Shown here in pieces: positions 13,558-27,419 of a stretch of DNA of 64,000 nt (positions are counted from its first letter, which is position 1; every line of letters begins with the position of its first letter). Source of the stretch: Octopus sinensis (taxonomy: Eukaryota); contig NC_043013.1 in the NCBI RefSeq assembly GCF_006345805.1, positions 31,248,001-31,312,000 of the forward strand. Reading direction: 5' to 3'. The notes below the pieces were generated by a model. That model saw only the letters and a program-made list of their open reading frames with translations. It did not search any database and was not told where the DNA came from. The translations under genes and the position numbers were made by a program.

Positions 13558-13789
13558 CGATATATATTGTGGTTGTCTAGTCTTTATGCATAGTTTGACC
13601 ACCTCCCGTACCTACAGCTTTGAACAAACATGGCATCTGATGTGGCTTTTTAAACCGGACAATGTTTTGAAAAGACACCCAAGTAGATTGCTTATCACAT
13701 TTGGAAGACCAACAGTTGCAGTTAAGTACTGCTGTTTGTGGATCTAAAAATGTTTTTGATGCCATTGTTTGAATAAGTTACATGAGGGT

Positions 13790-14215
13790 GTTGAGTTTTT
13801 TTCATCTACATCGGAATCTCTATACAAAATTATGGAAATCTGGAAGCAGAAATACATCTGAGAATTCAAAGAGCAGCACAAACACTTGGTGGTTTGGAAT
13901 TACGCGTTTGGCGCCAACGACATATAAATAACAATAAAAAATTGACCTTTTATGAGTCAATTGTCTTCCCATCCCTATTATGAAAGACATTTCAAATTGT
14001 TAGAACAATTCCACCCGAAATGCCTTCATCGCACTTTAAACGTTAGATGGAGTTATTTTAAACCAAACACAGGTGTCCTTGCGTCTGCAGGCATCACCTC
14101 AAAGAAAAGATTGTGAAAAACCAAATGAGATGGTGTGGCCATACTGTTTGGAATAATGGATGAAGGCACAACCAATAAGCTATATTATGATGGGCTTGCG
14201 GAAGGGGAAATGCTT
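13790..14215 (+). mobile_element. Degenerate RTE-clade (BovB-like) LINE fragment, region C-terminal to the RT
   Basis: Frame-shifted translation gives AEIHLRIQRAAQTLGGLELRVWRQRHI...KKLTFYESIV..., RHFKLLEQFHPKCLHRTLNVRW and QMRWCGH (14122-14142). These match the RTE motifs EI..RI.KA...F..L..RVW and QLRW.GH. Confidence 0.8.
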
Positions 14216-14242
14216 TATATAAACACAGACACAGACACAGAC

Positions 14243-14343
<101 letters not shown>

Positions 14344-14415
14344 GTATATATATATAAATATATATATATATATAGACACATACACACGCTCACACGCACA
14401 CACATGCACATACGC

Positions 14416-14451
<36 letters not shown>

Positions 14452-17400
14452 TGATAGAAATGGCAAGACAAGAAAAGAATGAAAGAGACCTCGATATTAT
14501 GTAAATAGAGGAATTTATTTGTAAATATAATATGTGACAATTTTTCGGTAGCCATGATAAAACACGGAGTTTTATCATGGCTACGGAATAATTGTCACAT
14601 ATTATATATATGCATATTATTCCATTTTTAACTTGATTCTTTCATTCGTCTGCAGGCTTGTTTGGGCATCCCCTTAAAGGCTTTAGTCAAAACAATTGAC
14701 CCCCCAGTTCTTACTGTTAATAAAACCTGGTATTCAGACTATCGTCTTACCTTTAATACACACGCACACGCATATGCTATTGGTTTGTATCAGTTACCTT
14801 GTATCATATCTACCTACAAGTCTTTTGGTCGTCCTAGGGCTATAGTAGATTAGAGTTGTCCAAGGTGTTACCTGAAACCAATACACCTTATTAATCTTAT
14901 TAATGTTATACGTCATTTGAAACCCATTCATCTTATTAGTTTTACAGGATTCTAGGATTGTAGAATGATAATCTTAGAATCCTAGAACCTCCAGAAGTAA
15001 GAAGCGATCTAACTTCTAAATGATGTTATGGCCTTTTCTCTATCGTAGTTATACATATGTCTGGTGTGAAGATAGAATCAATATCTTTGAAAATGTTTCA
15101 TGAATTCTCGTCATCGAAGATGTTGAAGAAACTGTCATATTCAGGAGTGTACTCTTTACATTCATTATAATAATGATAATGGTGCTCTCTGAAGTCGGTT
15201 GCGGATGCTGATGGTGGTTGTGGTAATAACGAAGATGATGACGACGACTTCAGCGTCGATAATGATGATGCAGCTGCTGTTGCTTCCGCTACTGCTGCTG
15301 ATAATGATGTTACTGATATTGGCGACGGATGTGGGAGTGATGATGTAGATTATGATGATTGTCGTCAACATACCGCCTGTGTTGGTAGTGATGATTGTAT
15401 GGCCATGATGATGAAAATGACGATGGTGGTGAGAGTGGTGATGATGATGAGAAGGAGGAGGAGAAGGAAGAGGAGAAGGAGAAGGAGGAGAGAATGTGGA
15501 CGAGGAGAATGTATTTTGAAGATGTCGATTGTGGTGGTCACTGTAGTGGTTGGGAATTTTTTTACCCTTTATAATATGCCTTTACATATATTCGATCAAA
15601 TTTGTCATTGTTGAGAAACAAAATATATTCATGAATATAAGACATTCAGTAACAATTTCCAAATCAATCATATTCTAAACAACTGTCTGAGCAGAAATTT
15701 TCATAAGTTTGACAACTTCACAGGCTAAAATATGATAATAACCATTATCTGATTTGAATGTCGCTGTCATTGAGAAACATTCGTCCCTTGAAATTATGAC
15801 AGATTACAAAGTTTCATTCACCACGTATACGAAGTTTTAGATGCATAACTTTTATAAAACTTCTTCATGTATGAATGCTTGGAAAACTCTGTATGGCCAT
15901 GGCGTTAGTATAGAAATAATTTAACTCTAAATTTTATGATTTGTCATTTAAATATACATACATGATTTGCACTATAATAGATAAACTAAGTTTCACTATT
16001 GAGATATATTAATAAAGCTAAAGGCCTAAATTCAGTTAACATTGCTGTGTCTGTTATTTTGCCCCATAGAAGCTCTGACATGGAGACATGATGGAAAACA
16101 ATGCATATTTGATCAGTTTCTATTAGGTTTCTTTCTATAAGCAAAGTTGATTTAAGACTATACTATCCAGCATACTTTTCCATTATACAAAATAAATTGT
16201 GTGTTTTATAAGTTATTTCTAGCCTTAGATTCACCTTAATTATAATGAATATACAGATAATGTCATTTATTGCTTATTTTGTACGATATATTTTCAGTAT
16301 AATATAAAAACGTTATACATATACCTTCATCATTTATCTCAAGATACGTGATATTTATATAGAAAACATAGGTGAATGAACTCGTACACCATTATAAGTC
16401 CGCTTAATAAACATAGTATTGTCTCGGGAGCTGTTGTGTCCTACCTAAATTCTTACATTTATCATCGTATTGCATGTACTGTAATTTAGCGCCAAATGGA
16501 GAATGTTCATACCCGGTCACATTTACATTTTTGTTTATCAACGTCAGGGTGTCATTGGTGCAAGTATGGCTGATCCGATAAGAGTAGAAAGTATCATACC
16601 CAATTAGATGTCCTACCTATGAATGGACTTTCTCGCTTTAGATGTTCCCCAAAAATAATATTCCGAATCATAAACAATTTCTTTCTGACAAAATAATTTG
16701 ATATAATTCAAATATATGTAATAGAACACAACATAATCTGTTTAACAAATAATTTATGTTATGTCCATTATCAGGTAAAATTAATGTAATAATTCATTTC
16801 CCTGATTTTCACATAATCATCTATAATTTTTATTCACTAGATATTTCTTCGAAAATTGAAGACAAAGAAGTGAAGCTTTTCTCTAAGCATTAATCAATAA
16901 TGTTTTAAGTAAATTGTGTTGAACGTAGATAGGAGTGCAACATATTTATTTTTCTGTGAATATTCAGTTAACGTTTATATCACCATGACACTCAAAATAA
17001 GTAATGAATGTACAGCATATAGCAGTTCCTAGGAATTCCCCGAGACATCTATGTAATAAATCACAATTATATTTCTAAATTATTTCGTTTGGCAACTAAA
17101 TACGTGAAATATAGTTTCAGTAAGTGTTACGCAATGTATTACATAAATCCTGAAAGCATGTTTTTATCATTTCACCATAGATGGAAATGGCAATAGTTTT
17201 GGTGCCCAAGTGCATTTCTATAAACATGTACTGTATAGTTCTTTCCTACATGTTGGTCAATTCCATAAACTAGCGGATACCTCAATAATCAAAATGTATA
17301 AATTTACTTTGGTTTGAAAGGGAATCCTACAACTGCTGTAGGATTATTATCTTCATATTGTTATATTGTAATTTTTTCTTATATCCATAAGCTTATTTTT

Positions 17401-17663
17401 TATATTGTTATTATTATATTCATAAGCTTTGTAAAACGTGGTTCACATGAAGTAGATATTTCACGGCAAATGATTGTAGCTTGCTACGTCACCTGTGACA
17501 AGTCAAACGCAAAAAAATGAGGCTAGATGATTATTTAAAAATTCAACAATTCACATGTAATGAAATGCAATATATTACAGTATAAGCAATAAAAGCCGTT
17601 TGAACATTGGGAGTAATGTTGATAAATTTTAGTGAATATATGTTTGTATATATAAATAAATAA

Positions 17664-17750
<87 letters not shown>

Positions 17751-19000
17751 TATACGGGTGTCTGTTGTGGAGTGTTTTTTGTGTGTGTTTGTATATGTTG
17801 TGTACGCATGTGTGCACATTAGCGTGTTCAGGTACCGAGCGGCTTTGGGGGAAGTTAATTACCCGTAGCAATGGTATTAAATAAAGTATTTTAGTAAATC
17901 GTATTTGATATTTAATTTTTTAAAGAAAATTATCTAAAATCAAATACAATCAGTTCACAACTGATTAAATAAACTTCAGAAAACAATTAGCAGCGTTATT
18001 AAATAACAGAATTATTCGACAAGTTATGAGTTAGGACAGGTTTGTACATTATCATAAATTAAAAACAGAGAGAAAACCATAATATTGAAAAAAAATATAA
18101 CAGCTTAGCACATACACACACACAGACACACACACACACACACACACACATACACACGCACGCACACACACACATATACATATATATATACATGTATATA
18201 TATATGAATAAATAGTAAAGAGCGGATAGATACACCAAGGACTGGGTGTGGTTTGTGAAAAGCGGTGTAATTGCGCATATATGCTAGATGTGTAGGAAGC
18301 ATTTATAGGTGGCAGCGGTAATGATGGTCTGCTGGAAAGTGTGTTACAGTCAATAAAATTGTTGTTAAAGACGGGTGTGGCTTATTTAATCTTTGAGCCT
18401 GTGCGAGAAAAGGAGGAAGAAGGAGATGTGATGATAATGGCTGAAAGACGAGAGACGAGGGCAAGAGTGGTAGTGATGTCACTGAAAGTGGTTAAACGTT
18501 AAGAGATGACCGCAGAAAAGTAAACAGATTTATAGAACATTAGCTGGGAGGAAAGCAGAAACGTGTGCATATTCATACATGCAGACACATACTCCATCGC
18601 ACTTACCACACAAGCATAGGTAAACACGTACACTTGTGTAGAAAAGTTATAGATTGTAAGAGGTGGAATCAAGTATACGTGAATGTGTGCGTGTTTATGT
18701 GAGAAGCAGGATGAAGGAAGCGAAAAGAGTGGAATGAATATTGTGAAAATGTAGGTATTGATAAAGTCTGAATAAATCGTATTGCATCATAAAACGTAAA
18801 GGATGTTGAAGCAAATCAGCTAGAAAATAAAACAGTAACAAAAATAAGGAAGAGGAAGGTTGGAAAAAGAAAACATGATGGAAGAAAAAGAAGGTAAGAC
18901 GAAGAATACGAGGTATTAAATAGGGAAGAAAGGAGGGGAAAAACAGTGAAATTGGAAATAACAAGGGAAAAAAGGCAGAAAAACAAGGAAAACAGAAAGA

Positions 19001-19114
19001 GAAGAAGATGATGAAGAAGAAGAAGAAGAAGAAGAAGAAGAAGAAGAAGAAGAAGAAGAAGAAGAAGAAGAAGAAGAAGAAGAAGAAGAAGAAGAAGAAG
19101 AAGAAGAAGAAGAA
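19001..19114. repeat. (GAA)n microsatellite within a purine-rich tract
   Basis: Directly visible. Confidence 0.95.
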
Positions 19115-19716
19115 AAGACTGAGTGAAAAATGAAAGCAAAGACAAAGAGAAAGATATTCCAGGGTGTTTTATGGGTTGGAGCTTCGTGTTTCCAATTAAG
19201 GGAGCATATACGTGCACATGTGTTACTTGTGATTACTTCGTATCTCGAGTTCATACAGAGATTACGATTTTTGAGCTTCTTATAATGTGTGCAAACATGA
19301 AGCTTGTAGATCTTGGTTTCATTAATATGACTGCGGATTTCGCAACAGACTTCATTTGAATTGATAGTTTGATGCCATTTCGTAGACCATGTGTGATTTA
19401 GCTGCACTGAATTTTTTTGTCGAAGTAAATGTCATGTAACAATGATAAATGGCTGTAAAACGGATGTTTAAAGGAGCCATGCTTTTCGTTACCTTTGCAT
19501 TCAACTGAGAATGTGTTGACTTACATTTCGAAACCATTTGACGATACTTTTGCATGGTTAGGATAAAGGACATACACGTATCTTTCTACCACATTGTCAT
19601 AAATTGAGCATTTCATAATTAGGGCACTCAAGAAGATTACTTTCACTGTTCAGTAGCTGAGGGTTTTATTATAACGATACAGTACACGCTTGCTTAGATG
19701 ATATATATATGTATGT

Positions 19717-19789
<73 letters not shown>

Positions 19790-19877
19790 ATATAATAAAT
19801 TGATAAATAAAACATATGCATATATACATACATATATGTACGTACCTACCTCTACATGTATATATACATGCATATAT

Positions 19878-20008
19878 GGGTACAGGACACCAAAAGAACG
19901 TCGAACACAATGAGAATCGAAAACATGAACACAAACCAAGGAACTAGACATTTTTCTTAAACAACGAAAAAATAGAGTACAGGTCAAATAACACAAGGAA
20001 AATCCCCC

Positions 20009-20014
<6 letters not shown>
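19878..20014 (-). mobile_element. Possible PLE pseudo-LTR 3-prime fragment without a ribozyme core
   Basis: A complex ~135-bp island between TA repeats whose T-rich composition resembles the sequence downstream of the HHRs elsewhere in the window. It has no diagnostic motif. Confidence 0.25.
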
Positions 20015-20055
<41 letters not shown>

Positions 20056-20060
20056 ACACA

Positions 20061-20258
20061 GCGGTGAGCTGGCAGAATCGTTATTACGCCGAGCGAAATG
20101 CTAAGCGGTATTTCGTCTACCGTTATGTTCAAACTCCGCCGAGGTCGATTTTTACCTTTCATTAATTCGGGGTCGATTAAATAAGTACCACATACGCACT
20201 GGGGTTGGTGTAATCGACTTAAAACCTTTGTCAGTCCCCTTTATGTTTAGCCCCCTGT
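20061..20258 (+). mobile_element. Meta-domain-like tRNA SINE (diverged)
   Basis: GCGGTGAGCTGGCAGAATCG head and CGGGGTCGATTAAATAAGTACC core. Aligns with 11490-11720. Confidence 0.85.
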
Positions 20259-20336
20259 ATATATATATATATATTATATATATATATATATACAGCGCTT
20301 GTGTGCGGGTATGTGAAATTATGAACATATATATAT

Positions 20337-20406
<70 letters not shown>

Positions 20407-20687
20407 TGTTTGCGCCTTTGTGTGTATCTGTTTCTCATTATCTCCGACTCACTGTGTATATAAATGTATGTGTCTAAATGTATATATGCGTGTGTGGGTG
20501 TATGCGTGTGTGTGAGTAAGTGGGCGTATGTTGCTACTTTAGTTCCAGCTGTAAGTACACAGGATGATTTCGTACACGACACTCAGGGGAAATTCTGACT
20601 CAACACAAATAAACTTGCCACTCTGGTACTGAGTACGCATTTTAGCAATGATTAACAAAAGTCGGTTCTCTCCCCGCTTCTCACTCA

Positions 20688-20771
<84 letters not shown>

Positions 20772-20837
20772 ATAATGTGTGTGTGTGAATGTATATTTAT
20801 ATATATGTGTATATATACTTATACATATACATATACA

Positions 20838-21000
20838 GAAGTTGGTGTGTTTACGTCCCCGTAACCAAGCGGTTCGGCTAAAGTGACCGTTAGATTAAGT
20901 ACCAGGCTTAAAAAGAACAAGTCCTGGTGTCGATTTGTTCGACTAGAGGCGGTGTTCCAGCTTGGCGACACTCAAGGTGACAGAGAGAAATGCAAGAATA
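20838..21000 (+). mobile_element. 3-prime half of CORE-type SINE
   Basis: GTGTTTACGTCCCCGTAAC...AAGTACCAGGCTTAAAAAGAACAAGTCCTGGTGTCGATTTG matches the tail of 54078-54700. Confidence 0.8.
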
Positions 21001-21029
21001 CACACACACACACACACACACATATATAT

Positions 21030-21096
<67 letters not shown>

Positions 21097-21100
<4 letters not shown>

Positions 21101-21540
21101 AAGGGTGAAAAGGAACACACGAGTTGATATATATGAAAAGACAAGTGAAGATAGAAAATGCTAAAATAATTTTATAAAGAACATTTCAGTACCGGTTTCG
21201 GTCATTTTGAGACCTTTTTAACTGTAACGATTAAATAATTAAATTTAGAAAAATTAAAAGAAAAGTTTTTTTAAAGGAATATTTGTATAGTGTTCAAATA
21301 TAAGTGGCATTCTGTCTTTCTCTGTCTCCCTTGTTTGCACTTGTGTTTTCGAGGTCGTTGTGAATTCTTGGTAGGGTAGAAGAAGAAGAAGGTTGATGAG
21401 GAGAGGGGGTGGACAAATTTGGGAGTGCCTTGATTGTCGTATTTTGAATGGTCAGTGACGGCTAGCAGTTGCGGTTCAATTCAGGAGAATATTTCTATTG
21501 AAAGGTTTGTTTATGGAATTTACGTAGGTGTTTTACTAAA
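21097..21540 (-). mobile_element. 3-prime end of a Penelope-like element (ORF tail, UTR and hammerhead)
   Basis: The minus strand reads KHLRKFHKQTFQ*KYSPELNRNC*, with PELN at 21474-21485, resembling the PxLN end of PLE GIY-YIG domains. An HHR motif follows at 21187-21224, and the element ends in (TA)n. Confidence 0.6.
21187..21224 (-). ncRNA. Hammerhead motif, U3-A8 family, probably inactive (G5A)
   Basis: CAG-TTAAAAA-GGTC TCAAAAT GACC-GAAA-CCGG-T-A-CTG. Confidence 0.55.
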
Positions 21541-21542
21541 AA

Positions 21543-21582
<40 letters not shown>

Positions 21583-22147
21583 ACATATATTATTCTTTTT
21601 ATGTAATTGCACTCACTTCCACGATTATGATTCATGCAGTTGTTTATTTCACACAAAACGCATAAATGTATGACATACAACCTCTATATCTATACGTCAA
21701 TAAATAGAAATATGTAGTTTTGTACTACAGAGAAGGCATAACATTTCCTTATAATAACATGATGCACCGATTTTTTGGTTCTTTTTTTTGGTTCCTTTGC
21801 TTTTTGCTGTGAAACACGATAGTGAATGTATGATTCCTTGGCGCCCTTAAGCTAATGCCCTTTTCATTTATGCCATAATTTATGAACTAATCCAATGAAA
21901 ATATATAAACGTTTATTGTATTTCATTGATTTACACCAACGTTTAAGTGAAAGGATAATTGAATTATGGAACGAAAGTTTATATTTACAAGCACACCCAA
22001 AGATTCGTGTGAAAAGAAACATGAATAATATAATGCATAAATAAATGCATACAGAATTAAATGGCCCCGGTTAGTTGTTAAAACAATACAAATATTTTCC
22101 GCCAAATTAAAGAAAACGTTTTCTAATGAATATATATATACATACAT

Positions 22148-22212
<65 letters not shown>

Positions 22213-22557
22213 GTATGTGGTTGTGCGTCGTTTATGTATGCCTATGTGTATGTGAAAGAGTATAGTGTGGATCTGCTATCAGAAAAAAGTCTATAATTCC
22301 CCGATTTCCTGTTTATGTAAACAAGCGTTGTAAATGTGGGTTTCTAATGCCCTGAAGCTCAAGTACTTTTATTTTATGGCGTGATTAATGGATTGCATTG
22401 ATTTACGCTAGTCTTCAACCCTATCGGAAATACGATTATGATACAAAACGTTCTTACTCATACACACACACACGCAACACACACGCATATACATATATAT
22501 AGTTATATAAATACATATTTAAAAGCATACATACAAATATATATATATATGTATGTT

Positions 22558-22592
<35 letters not shown>

Positions 22593-22668
22593 GGATGATA
22601 TATATATGAATATATATGCATTTGTAAATACGTACATGTTTCTATTGGTATGCAATAGTCTATATGCA

Positions 22669-22707
<39 letters not shown>

Positions 22708-22861
22708 AAGACGGGAAGGATGACTTCCCTTTGCAAATACTGACAGGACACAGAAAGTGTGTCTATGGCCAGCTGGAGGAGTGTGTCCTCCTGGGGCTAA
22801 AAACTACAGTAGCATCCACCCTTAGGGGTTAGCCATATTGAAATGGCAAAAATACGTCACG

Positions 22862-22898
<37 letters not shown>

Positions 22899-23025
22899 GT
22901 ATAAGTATATATGTATGTATATATGTATGTGTATGAATTTATGCATTTATATGTATGTGTGTATATATGTGTACATATATATACGTATGTATATATGTAT
23001 ATGAATATATATACATATAGCTATA

Positions 23026-23089
<64 letters not shown>

Positions 23090-23108
23090 AATATTGTGTG
23101 TGTGTATA

Positions 23109-23840
23109 CAGAGGTTGGACAAAATATGGAAACAGCTTCATGTTAGCTTCATAATTTTGTAATATCTATAAAACCACCAAAAGTTCTTTATTTTTATGTT
23201 GTTTGATTTATTATTAATATTGCATTATGCTTTGCTAAAATTGTTGTTTCGTTTCAAATATCATCAATAAAAGTTAATTAAAGTTCATTAAAACGACAGA
23301 TTTATCGGACTTTCAAAGCGGTCAAATTATAGGTGTTCGTAGTGTAGGGGCTAGTGTAACGAATTCACCTAAAATGATTGGTGTATCAAATAGTAGCCTC
23401 GAAAGTAACGACAGCCTTTGAAACTGAGGGAAGAACCTCGTCGCCGAAACAAACTCCGGAAGAAAACCACTACTTTCAAATAGAGACCGTCGCGCTATTA
23501 CGCGAATTGTTAGAAGGGATCACAAAAGTACAGCTCCTAAAATTACTGCAGAGCTTAATGACTACTTCGAGAACCTAGTTTCCACAAAAACCGTTTGCCG
23601 ACAGCTGCACATAGCCGGATTTCACGGGAGGGCTGCAATCCGAAAACCAACCTTCAAAACTGGAGACTCTTTTACCTGAAGGATTTACAAAGATTCCTTT
23701 AGAAACAATTCAAAACTTTGTACGAGTCCATAGCTCATAGAATTCAAGCTGTAATTACTGCCAAAGGCGTTCCTACCCCATAATAAAATAAATTTGTTTT
23801 AAAAATTATAAGGTATTTCCATTATTACGTCCAACCCTTG
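23109..23840 (+). mobile_element. Internally deleted Tc1-family DNA transposon
   Basis: TA target sites at 23107-23108 and 23841-23842. Imperfect TIRs CAGAGGTTGGACAAAATATGGAAAC / TTTCCATTATTACGTCCAACCCTTG. Transposase remnant SGRKPLLSNRDRRAITRIVRRDHKSTAPKITAELN...GFHGRAAIRKP is joined directly to the C-terminal ...ESIAHRIQAVITAKG, so the DDE domain is missing. Confidence 0.9.
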
Positions 23841-24141
23841 TATATACGTACTTATCTATAAGTGTATGTATGTATCTATAAACAGACATGCATATATCGT
23901 TAAATGTCCGATGTGGCGTCTCAGTTTCGGATGCATTCACATTAAGCGTCACCTCGGGCATAAATATTCCATTATAGCGCATTAATGACCAATGTCTTGT
24001 GGATAGAATTTCTTGTTTATTCAGAATCTTTGAATGAATCTCGTTTCCACACACAAATATATAAAATACATATGTGTATATATATATGTATGTGTGTGTG
24101 TGTGTGTGTGTATGTGTGTATATATATGTATATATATATAT

Positions 24142-24192
<51 letters not shown>

Positions 24193-24825
24193 TATATATA
24201 CATTCATATATGGGCTAGGCCGAGTTCACAATACTCTCTTATCCTTATATATATGTATATATATATATATACATACATGTGTGTGCCTTTCTGTTCAAAT
24301 ATATGTGAGTTTTCTCTTTGGTGTTGTACATAAGCGATGCATTGATTTGTGGATACATATATATATTAAAATATTCCATTTCCATATTTTGAAACAACAC
24401 TTATATATGCAGTGCCAAGACAGCCACACAAGAATGCTTATATATCACTCATAATATGTCCCTGTTATTTACAGCATACACATGGATGCTATGTGTACAG
24501 AAAAGAAGTACACGTCATATCTCTTGGATCACTTAAGAGAATTCAGAGCAGTTTCAATAAATCAAAATATATAAAATAAAGAAATATAAAGAAAAATCGA
24601 TGTTATTTTACTGGCAAAGTATAACACTTTGCTAAAATTGGTTAGATTTATTAAATTAGAGATCAAGAATATTTTTTTTTTATTTAGGGCGGACGGTTCG
24701 ATGTTATCTGATATCTGAGTAACGCATTTAAACACAAATACGCGCGCGCTATAAGCTCACGTCCATATATGCATATCATATATACGTGCGTGTGTATGTG
24801 TGTATATGTATTGTGTATGAATTAT

Positions 24826-24923
<98 letters not shown>

Positions 24924-26444
24924 ATATATTATATATATATATTTCTGTGTGTTTGTGACTCCATATATATATAGAGAAAATGAGACAGCACTTTATACTT
25001 ACAACTATATGCACATGAATACGAATATGCGAGTGGATACGTTTATTTATTTAATACATATTTGTGTCTGTATTTATGTGTATGTTTGTGTGTAAGTTTG
25101 TGTATTTATTTCTATAATGTTTTGATATTCACGTAAGCGCATACATGTGTGTATATATATATAATATATATATGTATATACGTACATACACACAGGGACA
25201 CACACACACATATATATATATATATATTCACATACGTCTGCATACTGGTGTGATGTTAAATATATCATTCAAACTTACACCTAAGTATAGAAAAACATCT
25301 TTACAAAAAATAAAAAAAAGGAAGCAATTATGCACATTTTATTTCTCAACATAAACATTCTAATTCTACTCCGGAAATTTCTGCAGATCTCCATGCTACG
25401 ACGAGACGCGTAATTAGTGTAAAAAGTAACTAGGAGTGTAGATGAAGAAATATAGCTAAGTATGTCTAAACGTTTGTTCTAATTATTTGGAAATACTTTC
25501 CAATAAAATTAAATGAACTGGAATACGATTCTGTATAATGATTTTCCTCGACTTCAGAACTGATATGAAAATCAGTAAACAGCTCGTGCAGAAAATAACA
25601 TGCTATTTAGTCTTGTTGATTAATTTGTTTTGTTGTTTAGAAGCTCTAAACCCGAGCCAACAATACAAACGCGAAACAAACTCGCATTATAAGTACCATA
25701 AATGTTCATTAGGTTTTTTTTTTATGAAGGATTGATCTTCTACATTTATCGACTACTAATAGCATGTGTTTGGAGGAGTGATGATATTCTCTCCGCTACG
25801 GTACAAGAGAATCTGTGTTTTACTTCCCATTAGTATGTCGGTCGAAACTAAAATTACTTGCGGTCTTGCTCCTCACACAATACAGTTGCCGTTCTAGTTT
25901 AATTTCAATCACTCGCATTCAAATTGAAAAGCAGCAATCAGAATGTGTGTTCGCGACTGAAACTATATATGGTTACTTGCAACATCTGACTCTATTTAAT
26001 GAAATCTACTGATTTTCCGGCTTGGATTTAATTATAAAAATGGACGGTAATCAAATTTTAACTCGGCTTCAGATCTACTGTAAATAGTAGCGGTACGTTA
26101 CAGAAACCGCATGTTGAAGACCCTAAAGATTTGGGCTACCCAACGCCTGCATAATATGTAATTTAAGAAAGTAAATTCCTAACAAATTATGCAATGGCAA
26201 TCAATTTCATGATGCGTCTTCTATTATCGGCTATATCACAAAACAGAAAATCCCTCTACGAATACTTAGGCGGATGAATAAAGAAGCAAAGCAGTACCAG
26301 GTCAGGAAATAAAATTGGCTATGGAAAGATTAAAGTGCCCTAGTTTTCCTGCTAACCATAGAGAATTCGTAATAACGAATTCAGTCTAGAACATAAAAAA
26401 GCATGTAACATTCATATATTCAGTAAGGTTGTGTCCATCGCAAT

Positions 26445-26512
<68 letters not shown>

Positions 26513-26559
26513 GTATTATTATTATTGTTGTTGTTGTTGTTCTCCTCCTTCTTATGCGT

Positions 26560-26875
26560 TGGGCTGGCTTAATCGTTAGCACGGCGGGAATAAAAGCTTA
26601 GCGGCATTTCGGCTGTTTTTACGTTCAGAGTTCAAATTCCGTCGAGGTCGACTTTGCTTTTTGGGGTCCATAAATTAAGTACCAGTTACACTAAGGGACA
26701 AGGTCAATTGGTTACGGTCAAACAGCTGACAAGCAGATCTGTGGTATTGAGTAGAATATTTGCTGTAGCCCATCTTTTATACCAAGACAAAACAGTGTAC
26801 ATGATAACACTTCTAATCAGTTAAGATCAGAAGCCACGAGGGCCACTACCTGCTACTGCATCAGGGCATTTATAA
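26560..26875 (+). mobile_element. Composite SINE: Meta-like head and core with a different 3-prime tail ending in (ATT)n
   Basis: The head and core align with 11490-11720 up to AAGTACCAGTTACAC. An unrelated ~180-bp tail (GGTTACGGTCAAACAGCTGACAAGC...CTGCATCAGGGCATT) then runs into (ATT)n. Confidence 0.7.
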
Positions 26876-26907
26876 TTATTATTATTATTATCATTATTAT
26901 TATGATG

Positions 26908-26945
<38 letters not shown>

Positions 26946-26968
26946 CATTAAAATATTATTATTATCAC

Positions 26969-27029
<61 letters not shown>

Positions 27030-27047
27030 TTATTATTATTATTATTA

Positions 27048-27105
<58 letters not shown>
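26871..27105. repeat. Long (ATT)n microsatellite
   Basis: Directly visible, about 230 bp. Confidence 0.95.
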
Positions 27106-27290
27106 GCCCCCGCCTTAGCGAAGGTGACGGTATTGTTTTCAGGGGTGGACAGGATATCTCGGGAACCGCTCAATGGTTTCGAATAAAACTTTCAGGGAGC
27201 TTTAGCCTTCTAACTGCCACGAACTAGTTAGATTTTAGGATCGATCCCGTAAGGGACATGGATTCTGGATTATATGTTATATTTACTTTA
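27101..27290 (+). mobile_element. Possible 5-prime part of a HINE/DINE-1-like non-autonomous element
   Basis: Starts TTATTGCCCCCGCCTTAGCGAAGGTGACGGTATTGTTTTC with a terminal hairpin (CGCCTT/AAGGTG). It resembles a widespread TTATTACCTCCGCCAAGGAGG...GTTTTC element type recalled from memory; the classification is tentative. Confidence 0.4.
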
Positions 27291-27419
27291 CATGATTTAG
27301 ATCTTACGTTGACGTCTCAATTATTTCTGTTTAGGCTGTTTCCGAATTTTTATTTCGTTTCCCTATAATTAATTTTATTCGCGTCTCTATCTTAGTAGAT
27401 TCTAATGGATAAAGAAATC

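Noticed and set aside
15130-15560. ORFs in GAT/GCT/GGT/AGG-rich text (also 9230-9470, 39300-39900, 56214-56340)
   Set aside because: Cryptically simple, decayed trinucleotide repeats rather than exons.
18200-18600. GC-elevated segment with two GGGTGTGG boxes
   Set aside because: Two short motifs are insufficient to call a regulatory element.
22705-22862. Complex 160-bp island within (TA)n
   Set aside because: It is probably another interspersed repeat fragment, but it has no ribozyme, TIR or tRNA motif to classify it.
25775-25960. GTGATGA ... CTGA as a possible C/D-box snoRNA
   Set aside because: The boxes are too far apart and there is no terminal stem.
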